A stretch of DNA of 64,000 nt from Laetmonice hystrix. Taxonomy: Eukaryota. The notes beneath the pieces were generated by a model. It saw nothing but the letters and a program-made list of their open reading frames with translations. It did no database searches and had not been told where the DNA came from. This document shows positions 37,101-51,230 of the stretch, piece after piece. The position numbers were made by a program, and so were the translations under genes. How positions within the stretch are numbered: the first letter of the stretch is position 1; each line of letters begins with the position of its first letter. The stretch lies in assembly GCA_965235115.1 (NCBI GenBank), contig OZ249437.1, positions 6,448,001 through 6,512,000 of the forward strand. Reading direction: 5' to 3'.

Positions 37101-37606
37101 TCGAGCTGCACTATTAGTATAGGAGACGTTCCCTCTAGACAACCTACGCTCCCCAATGTCGAGCTGCACTATTAGTATAGGAGACGTTCCCTCTAGACAA
37201 CCTACGCTCCCCAATGTCGAGCTGCACCATTAGTATAGGAGACGTTCCCTCTAGACAACCTACGCTCCCCAATGTCGAGCTGCACTATTAGTATAGGAGA
37301 CGTTCCCTCTAGACAACCTACGCTCCCCAATGTCGAGCTGCACTATTAGTATAGGAGACGTTCCCTCTAGACAACCTACGCTCCCCAATGTCGAGCTGCA
37401 CCATTAGTATAGGAGACGTTCCCTCTAGACAACCCACGCTCCCCAATGTCGAGCTACACCATTAGTATAGGAGACGTTCCCTCTAGACTACCCACGCTCC
37501 CCAATGTCGAGCTGCACCATTAGTATAGGAGACGTTCCCTCTAGACAACCAACGCTCCCCAATGTCAAGTTGCACCATTAGTATAGGAGACGTTCCCTCT
37601 AGACAA
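37101..37606. repeat. 58-bp minisatellite, about 9 copies
   Basis: Unit TCGAGCTGCAC(T/C)ATTAGTATAGGAGACGTTCCCTCTAGACAACCTACGCTCCCCAATG. Confidence 0.96.
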
Positions 37607-40600
37607 ATGTCACCCGGTCAAGAAATCCTGTGCCCATGAATTGCTACCCTCCTGGGCAACATCTAACTCCTGACTGTGAGATTACAAGGCGCAGAGGTTG
37701 GAGGGAACTTAATTATTATAGCACAAGTAGACTTGTTATCCTAATCTAGGACTACCTCTGTGTCATCGCCATTAGGCCAAAGAAAAAAATAGTGTCGTTT
37801 CTTGTGCCCGCGCGCGTCACCTAAAATCCCCCGCGTCAACAGTCTGTGTCACCTGACTATCTGGCTTCGCGAGAGTCTGGGCAAGTTTGTGCCTTGCATT
37901 TGTTCGCCGCAAGGTGGCGTGGTATATACGCCGCCCCCTCCCGGCCCTGTATCTTGCATGATGACACCAGGAAACACAGATCATGCCGAAGGTATAATGT
38001 TTCGCACAAGTCAGCCTGTGGCCCAATAGTCCGTAGGTACTTCCCTTCCTATAACACTTTGCACTGGGCCTGATCACATCAGAATATTTCGTACGCGAGA
38101 CGGCATGGCCTAGATTTACAGTATATTGACCAATCAGCTGCGAGTAAACCGGAAACTGAAACCTTGTCAACGGGCCGCTTATGTACTCAACGCTCGCGAA
38201 CAACTCGGAGAAACAAATTTGTCAAGACCCTCTGTTCGGGCCGCTGAGGGTCTGGATGCCGTGTTAAGTATTTCTTTCCCGAAAAATCCAACTGTGTCAT
38301 ATTTGTGGTGGGCAGTGTAGCGTTGTGTCAGAACGTTACAATGGTTCTTTGACGTGTGGTGGGGTGTCAACTATAAGTTTTTCACGTTCTTTATCACAAA
38401 TATTGAACATCATTGCATTAGCTTTGTATTCTTCAATATTTCTTCATACACCCCAACAGCAATCACATTCAAAGAATCAGCCATTGTCTGGTTGCATAAA
38501 AAAGCAACAAACACAAAAAACGCGGCACCGCACTGACGTTTTTATCTGAAAGGACAAGAAACGAAACCTTTTTTGGCCTTACTTCTGCTGGAAGTATAGA
38601 AAGTTCTATAATACGCTGACGTCAATTCCCGGGCAGTGATTAGGGGGCCGCGGTGGTGGGTGTAAACAATAATTGACGTACTTTACGGCCCTGAATGCTC
38701 ATAATATTGATTCTCTCGTCATCTGATGAATATGCAACGAATGTAGTTCCAGGAATCGGAAAAGGAAGAAAGAAGGAGAAGAAGAAGGACAGGGAGAAGG
38801 AGACGGAGAAGTCGAAGGAGAAGGAAGAATTGTATTGCAAATAGTGATGTAAACCATTGTAATTTGTATGAACAGTTTTAACGTAGCCGTTGTGTGTATC
38901 AATAAGATAAACGGGCCCTACCTTCATGTGACCTTTTTAAAGTCAGAGTAGCTGTATATCGGATTCTTTAAGTTGTATGATAAACGACTTGGTGAATTAA
39001 TATTACTTTTTATTACATCAATCTCATAGGGTGCGGGAGAGATACTATGCAGATATATTTTTTTTGGAAAGGCGACAGTATTATTTAAAATTCGAGAAAG
39101 AACATCTTTTAACTTTTTACAATAGTCCAATCTTGTCTCGCCGTCAAGATGGCGTCATATATAGTCACAGACACAGCGTACAGCCACAAACACTCACTCC
39201 TAATTATTTTGTATGAGCAATGCCATAAGGAGGGCTGATATAAATGGTAGCAGTATAATTAGTCGCCGGTAAAAGTTGATCAAATTTAATCATTAAACAT
39301 AATGCACTCCGAAGGACTATTCAGCTATATCTAGAAAACAAGACGTTAGTACGCTTCCTTACCTTAAAAAAACACTCCAGTGGAATTAAATGGCGTTATT
39401 TCGAGTTAGAGCAGTATGCTAAAGTGAATATTGAACTTCAACCCGTGCCTACGCCTCGAGTATAATACCATGGCATGGAGCCGTCTTGACGTCGCGCCTA
39501 TACTTACGTCTTCTGGAGGTTAGACCATAGTCCTGAGGGTTTCACAGGCACAGAACATTCTCCTGGGGGTGATCGGCCGTACTTTGAATAGTATGTCCGA
39601 TTTGTCTGACGACTACTCTGAGGATAGAGAGTATAACTGGACTAAATGGGACTGGCTAATATCAATGAATAGCTAAAGCCTCTGGCTATAACGGCGACGT
39701 CTTTTTAGAAAGACAATCTTGGAACCTGGAGGAATTGTCTATTCCTTTAAAATTTCAGATTAAATACGGCATCAGACACACCGGATTCAGTTGACAATTA
39801 AGTCTTTTGAATTTGAGACTCAGTCTTCGGCTTCTAATTTGAGCATATTGGCATGTGCCACCATTTTCTCCAGATTTTCTAGGGCCTTGCAATTGACGAG
39901 TAAAATGGCATTATATTTTGTTGTTTGTTTTGTTGTTGTTGGTTTTCTTCTTCTATTTTCTTTCTTTCTTTTTTTTGGTGTTTTGTCCTACCTTTCGGTC
40001 ATGTGGCCTTCATCTAGATAGAACGTCAAAGTTGTTCACTTCAGTTCACCCAAGTGAACAGAAATACCTTTAGGATTTTTATTTCCGACAAAAAGCACAC
40101 CTTGTAGCTTTCCAATCTATTTCCTCGTCTCTCTTTCACTCTGCCAGACAGACATATAGACAGACAGACAGACAGGCCCGAAAATGGGGCGATATCTAAG
40201 GACTGAAGCAAACAACGTATTTGCGAATGAGAAACCAATATTCGATATGTATAAAGATCCGGTTGAGTCTGTATGAGAAGCAGAAGTCGAAGGATGCGAG
40301 GGAGAATGTGTTCCATGTGTTCTTGAGACATGACTCTTCATCACAGTCTCAAATTATCTATGGTAAATTTTATTACACCTTGTCACGGCATCATCAAAGG
40401 CGGTTGCTGTGTCAGTTAAGGAGAAATACTGTGCTGCGGCAGTGCTATGTCCATGTACAGGTATAAGTGGCACGTTTCCATCATGGCAGCGAATTAAAAC
40501 CTGATATTTAGGAAGGCATTGCATGGATCTCATGTGGTGGATCACGTGGCCAGTTAGTCTCCTCATTGAGGTGCCGTGCTTGCAACAAAGGAATTGGTAG

Positions 40601-42046
40601 GGAATCGGTTTTCGAATCCACAGGGAGAGAAAAATAATCTGTATTTCAAAGAAACATCGACAGATGTCAACAATAAGATCGAGGGAATAATATTCTATGT
40701 AGCGGTAAGAGCCTCATATTCAGAAACGGATGTGACAAATTAAAGTACATTACAATAACGGCAATTTGTTCGTACATTGAGGACTACTAGAGGTATCAAT
40801 GGTATCTATAGGAAAGTAATTTGAAAGGAGGAGGAGTGTGTGTCACAGTTATTAACCCTTAGACCGCCTGATGGAATAAAAAAAATACTGTCAGAATTTT
40901 ATCTCTATTTCCTTATTCTTCTGTAAATTCGATACACCACCGTCCTTGTGGACTGTCATTTGGCCTCAGTATTTTGGTGATCAGTCGTAAATACGCCTCA
41001 TGTGATAATCAAAAGCCTTTAGTGTAAAGATAGAACAGAAAGAGAAAGACGCAAACGGTCATTTCAAAGAGGAACACATCCGTCTATACTCGAGGAGACA
41101 AAAGGGTCCGTTCTTGTCTCTCATGCAGCGGTCGGGATTTCCAGCTGCACGGGTGACCATCCGATAGGTCTGCAGTGTGTTGGAATCCCTGTGGACCAAC
41201 AAAAAGTGGGTCGTCTGCTGATAATCCGGTGAAACACCCCTTACAAGAGAAGGTCCTCCGTCACGAAATCCAATAATTACGGATAATTAGTGCCTTGTGA
41301 GGGCTGTGAGCGTCCGCTGAGAGAAGCAGCGGTGGCCCTTTAATCGTGCATGAGGCCATCCACCACCAAACACCCAGCGCCACCTGCCAGATGGCCGTCC
41401 TCGGTGGCAGCGAGGGGTCCATGTCCTTCTCTTCTTATCGTCTGTTCAACTGGCAACGGAAAGAGCCCCCCGCCATTTATTGGTAACCGCTGCCGAGGGA
41501 AACTAGCCGACAACGCCCCCAAACGAGCAATCGCGCGTGTGTGGACAGATGAAGAACAACCGCGCCCGCACGCAAGTGAACCCGTTTTAGCGTGTCTTTA
41601 AACCAGCGTGTAAAGCATTCCTTCCACCTCCCTTGGTTCCACTGAGTTGGAAACACCTGACGCATTAAAGCGAAACCAACACAGTAGCATGAACGCAACA
41701 TCGTTGAAAAGATCTGGGGATCTATAATGAGGACGGCCAGGCAGTCGGAGCCTTTCAAGGGATGCGCACAACCGAGGTCTGATCGTACCACAACTAGGAG
41801 ATCAGAAAAGTTGATTGACAGGATGAACATTTAATGGCACGATGAAAGGACAAGGGAGTAGCGCCATAACCCTTTCAACGTTAATGGCGCTTTAAAGGAC
41901 TTCTACACTCTCCGTATACGACGGTTGAAAGATTCATTTAGATTTGGTTTCTGGGCAAACAAATACGATAATGACGCACGCCAAAGGACTCTAGCCAGAT
42001 TATCTGCTCGTCCCGTCTGCTAGGAGAAAGGCTTTCCATATGTGCT

Positions 42047-42782
42047 CCTACAGGGGACTCTACACCATAGTTCCTACAGGGGACTCCACACATAGTTCCT
42101 ACAGGGGACTCTACACCATAGTTCCTACAGGGGACTACACACATAGTTCCTGCAGGGGACTCTACACATAGTTCCTACAGGGGACTCCACACATAGTTCC
42201 TACAGGGGACTCCACACATAGTTCCTACAGGGGACTCCACACATAGTTCCTACAGGGGACTCCACACATAGTTCCTACAGGGGACTCCACACATAGTTCC
42301 TACAGGCGACTCTACACCATAGTTCCTACAGGGGACTCCACACATAGTTCCTACAGGAGACTCTACACATAGTTCCTACAGGGGACTCCACACATATAGT
42401 TCCTGCAGGGGACTCTACACATAGTTCCTACAGGGGACTCCACACATATAGTTCCTGCAGGGGACTCTACACATAGTTCCTACAGGGGACTCCACACATA
42501 TAGTTCCTGCAGGGGACTCTACACATAGTTCCTACAGGGGACTCTACACATATAGTTCCTACAGGAGACTCTACACATAGTTCCTACAGGAGACTCTACA
42601 CATAGTTCCTACAGGAGACTCTACACATAGTTCCTACAGGGGACTCTACACATGTAGTTCCCGCAGGAGACTTTATACATAGTTCCTACAGGAGACTCTA
42701 CACATAGTTCCTACAGGAGACTCTACACATAGTTCCTACAGGAGACTCTACACACAGTTCCTACAGGAGACTCTACGCATAG
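42047..42782. repeat. 25-27-bp minisatellite, about 29 copies
   Basis: Unit ACATAGTTCCTACAGG(G/A)GACT(C/CT)CAC-like. Confidence 0.95.
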
Positions 42783-44327
42783 CGTGCCGGAGCTACTTTT
42801 TCGCCAGAATAAATCCGCTGTGCAGACAGACCATCACACAGCGATCACATTCTCTTTGCTTGCCTCTTTCATCTGTTCGTCAGTGGACTGCCAACAAGGT
42901 GACATAAATTCATCTGGGATACACACATCTGTTACCTCGCCAAGTATCTGCCGAGCTCGGAGACTGACGTAGAAAACAATATTTCTTTGTCGAAGTTATG
43001 TTCTCAGTGCGCAGGACATACACATTCAAAAACCAAGGAATGGTCGTTGAGCCACGGGACTTCTACTTGCTCCTCGATCGTCTTGTCATCGATTGTTTCA
43101 TCTGAAGACACGACATTAGCGTGGTCAATATAAGCTTCTATAGTCTATGGCTGATTTCAAGGCGACTTTGATGGTAAGTAATGCCATTCGTACACCCTAA
43201 ACCCTCAGCGGGACTACAAGCTACATCCTCTGCCCATTCAGCGGGGTTAGACGTATCATTTCTAACCTTAGGATATTTATTAAAGTTATACATTTCATTA
43301 GTTTTTAATGGTTGAAAGCATGCTTTGACAGCAATCTTTTGACACTTAAACTGATGTAAAAATTCCGCTTGAAGCATTAGCAGGTCATGAATTTAATTAA
43401 TATTTCTTTTTTGTCTTTCAATTTGTCCTTTAAAAAAAATCATGTCTATAGCTCTTTGATTCCGAACAATATTGAGACCTGGTATTTTTCTTCGGTATCC
43501 ATGCACGCACGGAAAAAAATAACAGCGATAAACGGAACGTCTTTCTTGTAACATAACGTCCGAGGGACAAGTCTTCCCTTTCCACTTTAGTTCTTGCCGA
43601 TTGCTGTTGAAGATAGGGACATCGTTTCGTCATATCTCTCGGTACTAAGGACGACGCGATTAAATGAGGTTGATGGGACGCCGAAACGTATTAGAGAGTG
43701 TCGCATCCTAGCATCCTATCTTGATTAATATCTGAAACATCTTAATTGGAAACGTAACGTAACAAGTACGTCTCCTCTCTTTCGCACAACGGCCACTTTC
43801 GTCGGGCTGATCCATTCCCTGAGAGAATTCTTTTGAAAATGTGATAGCTGCTAATTATGTGTGTGATGATACGGCCGACCACATCGGCTGGGTTTGAACA
43901 CGCTATGAACCCATCTATCACACCAGCTTAATGTGGGTCTTTTTAATGCGCTTGCGCAGCGGACGTAAAATATATGAAGGAGCCTGAGTTTCGTACCCTT
44001 GGAAAGTTGAACCATTAATGATCAGGAAGGTTCTTTATGAGATACTGTATAACATTCCTTCCCACCCCCCTCCCACTTTACCTCCTGTCCATACTTTTAT
44101 TAATTTCGGGATTCCCGTGGCATCCCCTGGAAGCGACAGGAGTATGATTAATGAAGGTCGTACCACAATCGTCTTACCGGCGGGTGCCCTTATTACATGG
44201 TACACGCAGACGCTTCGGGCTCTAAATATACAACTCGGTCCAGTCTTCGCTCTCAATGTGGCATATTGGACGGATGTGAAATATTTTGCAGCTTGACATA
44301 TGTTGAATCTACATTAAATTGACTGAA

Positions 44328-44606
44328 ATAATAACTCAATAATAATAACTTAATCTGAACATTTATTTGATAATAAAATTGATAGTTTAGTTCTGATTCT
44401 GCTTACCTTAAAATTATGTTATAATAACTCAATAATAATAACTTAATCTGAACATTTATTTGATAATAAAATTGATAGTTTAGTTCTGATTCTGCTTACC
44501 TTAAAATTATGTTATAATAACTCAATAATAAAAACTTAATCTGAACATTTATTTGATAATAAAATTGATAGTTTAGTTCTGATTCTGCTTACCTTAAAAT
44601 TATGTT
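44328..44606. repeat. AT-rich 93-bp tandem repeat, 3 copies
   Basis: TAATCTGAAC anchors at 44351, 44444 and 44537. Confidence 0.95.
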
Positions 44607-45897
44607 TAGGACATATTAGCCGATTTATCGGAGACAACTTCTGCGAACAATCACTTTCCATAGTAGCCAAGTATTAACGGCGGAAACATGGAGAAGCACT
44701 TTATAAGTGTCTATCCTATATAATAGGCGTCTCGGTGGACGGGTTAGGAGAGCAATTCCGGGGAGCCATAACCCCACAATGTAATATAACCATCTTTCCT
44801 TGCCGTCTCCCCAGGATGTACACAATGCGCTCCAATGCGCTGTCGGAAATACCCGACTATAGCCGGATTGGCTCGTATTGAAGCGCCTGTTCAGACGGAA
44901 GGCCGCACCGCCGTGGTTCTATATGAGAAGTATGACCACTCATATTTTGTGAGATGGCTCTGGTCGTAATAACGTTACGAACATAAAGAGCATGTACGCG
45001 GTAGCAGCGCATGACAATCTTGTTCATCATGGTGCGAAGTTAATCTGGTTTGTGCACTGTACAGGCGGAGGGAAGAGGGCGACAACAATGTAATAGACAG
45101 TTCAATGTGCCCGACCATCTCTCAGCTCTCTCTCTCTCTCTCTCCCTCTCTCAGCAAGGCATGGTCCACGTACAGCAATGAAAGTGGTCTGCCATGTCTT
45201 AAACCGATTTGCCGCTTTCCATAGAAAGACAGATTACAAAGCTTTAACCTGCTCTTCCATTTTTGGCATTAATTGTTCACACGACAGGATGTGACCGACG
45301 GGGCCATCCAGAAGAGGACAGCGGGAGAAATTAATCCCACCTTAATCCGAACGCAATCCATTTTGCGTGCATTTAGCCTGAATCCACTAAGCAATACGCG
45401 GACTTTGAAGACAAAGGGATCTGAGGACAAACCATCCCCCTATAGGGAGTGCATCTGACTAAGGATCGAGCACAGATGAGTTTTTCGCATGTATCTGTTT
45501 ATTTAGCGGGACCTAGTTCGACAAGCCTGCAGCAAGGCCGTCGCCAGTATCACTATTGATTGCTCATCCTACAGCCGATATCTGTACCTCCTGGTCATGG
45601 CCAAAATATCAATCTTAGCCGTAGGAAAATCACCCTACACTATAGATCATTCTGGCTACTGGAAATGTTTTTGTGCAAAGCTGTCATACTCTATGACGCA
45701 AAACGTTTCGTTTTGTTGCCGAGCCAATCTTTGTAGTATGTAAAATGTATGAGTGCACGACACTTGGGCTTATACTTTCATTCTAACTCAGAAATGAATT
45801 CCACCGGGTTCCGTCGAACTTGACCCTTATCTTCAACGGTTTCGTGAAAAATAAACATTTCCAGAGTGCCACCAACATGGATAATGGTTTCTAGTGA

Positions 45898-47792
45898 GAT
45901 GGGAATGAAACCAGGGGGTAGGGAAGACTGTGGTGGGAATGAAACCAGCGGGTAGGGAAGACTGTGATGGGAGTGAAACCAGAGGGTAGGAAGACTGTGA
46001 TGGGAGTGAAACCAGGGGGTAGGGAAGACTGTGATGGGAGTGAAACCAGGGGTAGGGAAGACTGTGATGGGAGTGAAACCAGCGGGTAGGGAAGACTGTG
46101 ATGGGAGTGAAACCAGGGGGTAGGGAAGACTGTGATGGGAGTGAAACCAGGGGGTAGGGAAGACTGTGATGGGAGTGAAACCAGAGGGTAGGGAAGACTG
46201 TGATGGGAGTGAAACCAGAGGGTAGGGAAGACTGTGATGGGAGTGAAACCAGGGGGTAGGGAAGACTGTGATGGGAGTGAAACCAGCGGGTAGGGAAGAC
46301 TGTGATGGGAGTGAAACCAGGGGTAGGGAAGATGTGATGGGAGTGAAACCAGGGGTAGGGAAGATGTGATGGGAGTGAAACCAGGGGAGAGGGAAGACTG
46401 TGATGGGAGTGAAACCAGGGGGTAGGGAAGACTGTGATGGGAGTGAAACCAGGGGTAGGGAAGATGTGATGGGAGTGAAACCAGGGGAGAGGGAAGACTG
46501 TGATGGGAGTGAAACCAGGGGGTAGGGAAGACTGTGATGGGAGTGAAACCAGCGGGTAGGGAAGACTGTGATGGGAGTGAAACCAGGGGTAGGGAAGACT
46601 GTGATGGGAGTGAAACCAGCGGGTAGGGAAGACTGTGATGGGAGTGAAACCAGCGGGTAGGGAAGACTGTGATGGGAGTGAAACCAGCGGGTAGGGAAGA
46701 CTGTGATGGGAGTGAAACCAGCGGGTAGGGAAGACTGTGATGGGAGTGAAACCAGGGGTAGGGAAGATGTGATGGGAGTGAAACCAGGGGAGAGGGAAGA
46801 CTGTGATGGGAGTGAAACCAGGGGGTAGGGAAGACTGTGATGGGAGTGAAACCAGCGGGTAGGGAAGACTGTGATGGGAGTGAAACCAGGGGAGAGGGAA
46901 GACTGTGATGGGAGTGAAACCAGCGGGTAGGGAAGACTGTGATGGGAGTGAAACCAGCGGGTAGGGAAGACTGTGATGGGAGTGAAACCAGGGGTAGGGA
47001 AGATGTGATGGGAGTGAAACCAGGGGAGAGGGAAGACTGTGATGGGAGTGAAACCAGGGGGTAGGGAAGACTGTGATGGGAGTGAAACCAGCGGGTAGGG
47101 AAGATTGTGATGGGAGTGAAACCAGGGGAGAGGGAAGACTGTGATGGGAGTGAAACCAGCGGGTAGGGAAGACTGTGATGGGAGTGAAACCAGCGGGTAG
47201 GGAAGACTGTGATGGGAGTGAAACCAGCGGGTAGGGAAGACTGTGATGGGAGTGAAACCAGCGGGTAGGGAAGACTGTGATGGGAGTGAAACCAGCGGGT
47301 AGGGAAGACCGTGATGGGAGTGAAACCGGCGGGTAGGGAAGACTGTGATGGGAGTGAAACCAGCGGGTAGGGAAGATTGTGTTGGGAGTGAAACCAGGGG
47401 AGAGGGAAGACTGTGATGGGAGTGAAACCAGCGGGTAGGGAAGACTGTGATGGGAGTGAAACCAGCGGGTAGGGAAGACTGTGATGGGAGTGAAACCAGC
47501 GGGTAGGGAAGACTGTGATGGGAGTGAAACCAGCGGGTAGGGAAGACTGTGATGGGAGTGAAACCAGCGGGTAGGGAAGACTGTGATGGGAGTGAAACCA
47601 GGGGGCAGGGAAGACTGTGATGGGAGTGAAACCAGAGGGTAGGGAAGACTGTGATGGGAGTGAAACCAGCGGGTATGGAAGACTGTGATGGGAGTGAAAC
47701 CAGGGGAGGGGGAAGACTGTGATGGGAGTGAAACCAGCGGGTAGGGAAGACTGTGATGGGAGTGAAACCAGCGGGTAGGGAAGACTCTGATG
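45898..47792. repeat. G-rich 34-bp minisatellite, about 56 copies
   Basis: Unit GGGAGTGAAACCAGCGGGTAGGGAAGACTGTGAT, with 32-33-bp variants. Confidence 0.97.
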
Positions 47793-48940
47793 ACGCACCC
47801 ACTCAATATGCGTGCAGGAGAATTCTGTCTTCTGATGATTGGTCATCTCGTCATCCTGCGAACTCCTGCGAACGCCGTGTGTATCCGTATAAACCACCAT
47901 CTCCCACCACTTCTGTTTGCTAGCCATTCTTGCTTCATATAATGAGTTAGTGGAACTGCAAGGAAATCGCAAGAAAAACAATCTCTAATTTATTATAGGG
48001 GCTAAACCGTCGGCACGGAGTACAAGGGTGGCAAGTATACCGCCGTAATAAAACAGAGAGATGGTGCTCTGTGTGGTGTGAAAACTAATCTTCTCCCTCA
48101 GAAAACTAGTGGTACAAAAAAGTGTGATTCTTCTTCTAAACAAATGACCCGGGCTTCAATGTTTTAGGATGAAACACGTATTACTTGAAACGAATGTATT
48201 GGGTGTAGAATAGGAAGATAGGGAAGAAAAGCAACAGGGCAAGTCAAAAAGAAAAAAAGAAGAAGAAAAAGGATAATGAAAAGCAATTAAACAGGTTGTA
48301 TCAGATCGTATGAGTTGTTTTTATGCGGAAAGCAATGCATTGCCTTCAATCAACCGGTAGAGTACCCTCGAAGATCTCCTCATCTGACCCGCCTTGATTT
48401 TTTTGAACGCAACTCTTGTTGAGTACTGAGACAACGTGACATTTGATTGTCTTAAATAGTTTATTGAAACACAACGTTTGATGAAAATAATGAAATTTGT
48501 ATAGACTCTTCCCATCTCCAGTCCTGAGAAGTTGGCGTTAGACAATATCACATGACATTGAATCATTTTATAACAAAAGAGTATAGCCTACATTTAAATG
48601 CGTGTATATTTTTTACTCGCCCTGTATTGTGCAGTTTATTGAATGCACAACATCACAGCGTACACGGGCAATGCGTCAGTTTCAGCATGGCCATGTCACC
48701 TTATCGATACAGTTCTCCCGGGGGGTTTGGTGTCACGTAGGAGACCAAATCTACCTGAATGCTCCCGCGGAAAACTGGCCTCCATTCACTGTGAACTTCG
48801 ATTCACATGCAGCGGACTCTTTCACAACAACACTATCCAGTTTCCTTTCGTTCTTTAAGCGACATGAGTACGTACCTCGTTGAAGATGCACACTCATAAT
48901 TATTCTGTTATTTGATCTTCTGAGTGAAAAATAGGATGTA

Positions 48941-49725
48941 TCTCTCCTTACATGTCGAATTTAGTGTATCACCGTCTCTCTCCTTACATATCGAATTTAG
49001 TGTATCACTGTCTCTCTCCTTACATATCGAATTTAGTGTATCACTGTCTCTCTCCTTACGTGTCGAATTCAGTGTATCACTGTCTCTCTCCTTACATATC
49101 GAATTTAGTGTATCACTGTCTCTCTCCTTACATGTCGTATCGCTGTCTCTTTCCTCACATAGGCCCTATCGAATTTAGTGTATCACTGTCTCTCTCCTTA
49201 CACATCGAATTTTGTGTATCACAGACCTGCCAAGGGGGGTCTTTCATCTTGCTGGACATTTCTGAAGATTTTGCTGGAGTTTGGACCATATTGGGACTTC
49301 AATGATGGAGGTTTTTTTCCGATTTAACAAACGCCTCGATTATCTAATCATACATGCCATATATCGCCGACCGGCCGAGGGTCTTCTACCTGCTTGCGGC
49401 AGGTTTAGTAAAATTTTGCGGGAGATTTTCTCATTTTGGGCAAATAATGTGGGAGGTTCTGATTACTTTCAAGACACCATAGTGAAAGAAGGATCCTCTG
49501 ATTGTGGCTATTTTATTTAACCCATGTTTGAGTCAATTTGAGTCCCAATGAACGTGGATTTAAGGGGTACGTAGACGTAGGCCTCTAAGATAGAGTTTTG
49601 CGTGAGAAAGCATTGGGCTCGAGGGAGTGCGGGAGAAGGGGTCCAAATGCATGAGACTCCCGTGAAATGCGTGAGACATGGCAGGTCTGGTATCACTGTC
49701 TCTCTCCTTACATATCGAATTTTGT
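48941..49725. repeat. 36-bp minisatellite interrupted by a transposon and running into the gap
   Basis: Unit TGTATCACTGTCTCTCTCCTTACATATCGAATTTAG at 48941-49221, resuming at 49690. Confidence 0.92.
49222..49689. mobile_element. Non-autonomous hAT-like element inserted in a 36-bp minisatellite
   Basis: Perfect 11-bp TIRs CAGACCTGCCA / TGGCAGGTCTG; direct repeat GTATCA at 49216-49221 and 49690-49695; subterminal GCGTGAGA-like motifs; no long ORF. Confidence 0.8.
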
Positions 49726-49867
49726 NNNNNNNNNNNNNNNNNNNNNNNNNNNNNNNNNNNNNNNNNNNNNNNNNNNNNNNNNNNNNNNNNNNNNNNNNNN
49801 NNNNNNNNNNNNNNNNNNNNNNNNNNNNNNNNNNNNNNNNNNNNNNNNNNNNNNNNNNNNNNNNNNN
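49726..49867. other. Assembly gap (142 N)
   Basis: Run of N directly after a repeat unit. Confidence 1.
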
Positions 49868-51230
49868 AGAGTATTTAGGAAAACTCAGAGTATATCGTAC
49901 CGCCTCGCTATGATCGTCGCCTTTGCCTTGATTTTAATTCCCGGGTAACCACGACCTAATGATGATATCGTCTTATGAATGGGGCATAACAGGAACCAGT
50001 CACAAAGTAACAATTAATGGGCCGTTCACACGGCAGCCGATGCCGATGCCGATACCGATACCGAGGGCGACACCGATGTCCACACCGACCTCGGCTGCAG
50101 TGTGAATGGGAGTTATTGACGCAGAAACAGTTTTGTGTGCAAGTCAGTGAAAGCTGCAGCACCATGCCGTACGTGTCACTTGAATACATTTGCTGATAAG
50201 TTACTTTCCGAATCGTGAGAAGTTGTTTTAAAAAACACTATTTATTTAAATGGAGATTCAATACAGTAGTTGTGGTTTGTGTTTCAGCATTTCCACCACC
50301 ATAATAAGATGAATTTGGCTGACATCTGAGTGACCTTGTATGAAGCTTCATGTATTGTGATATATTTATCCAAAGGTTGCTGAAGCTACCTGGGCAGCTG
50401 AAACAAGCGAGGAACATTGACCGATATGGTCATTGGTAAACGTTGCACGTGTAAAGAGTTTCGGTTCTAGAGCGCACGTGTTCAGGTGTTTGTTGAGAGA
50501 CGTGAGGCCAAACACACCTGGTCCAGTCGGCGCGCCGTATTGGGAGGAAGAAAAGAGCATCATTTCATGCCAGTCTACCATTTATCACGTCTGTCTAATA
50601 TCGTTTACTTTCCCCGTGTAAGCGTCGACCCTTACTTGTTCCACGGCCGCCCTGTCTCGTGCTGCAGGGAGCCAGGACAAATACGTCGACAATGTCGCCC
50701 TCAGCGAGACATACGTGGAAGCGTTGGTGGGCTTCTTTTCGCATCAATATGGATGAGACTGGGGGGGGGGGGGGGGGGGGGTGTCTGGAGAACCAACCAA
50801 CATAAAGAGTTCTTCGCAGACATAAGGACTGCTCAGAAGAGATATCTACAGCGTCGACTGTTACAAGTAGGGGGGGGGGTCAAGATAAAGATGGCTGCAT
50901 TTGTCTATAGATGTAGCAGTGCGTATTTCAGCTACCAAAACTTCCGTTCGCAGTTAACTCAAATCTTGCCAGGGAAACGGTCGTTGGTGATTACCTAATA
51001 TTTCATAATCATACTATCTTTATAGCATTGTTTATAGAATACATGCGGTGGCCCATAAGGGACATGCATGTATTATTTACTATTTCCAAGTTTTTTTCGG
51101 GGTTCACTTTTATATATCGACGAGTTCGCATTCTTTTACGGCGGAGAGGAGAACGGTCTTGAAATAACAATTGAGAAAGCAGAAAAGCTTGCAATGAAGA
51201 CAAAATATATTCTGACGAAAAACGATAACT

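Noticed and set aside
41130-41730. Possible PIF/Harbinger transposase relic (GFP, ARWPSSV, RNIVEKIWG)
   Set aside because: The order is right but spacing is clearly longer than I expect for the family, and catalytic D residues are not recognisable. It needs BLASTX.
2680-43432. Solo TTAAAGG/CCTTTAA transposon-end-like sites (2680, 10323, 34192, 41892, about 43427)
   Set aside because: No matching opposite TIR was found in the window, so no element can be delimited.
45778-47981. Three overlapping 650-700-aa minus-strand ORFs
   Set aside because: They are artefacts of the 34-bp repeat: the C/T-rich strand has no stop triplet and the period cycles through all frames.
50655-50710. VLQGAR and KYVDNVALSE resembling RT PQG/YVDD motifs
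   Set aside because: The motifs are too close together and the flanks do not continue the similarity.
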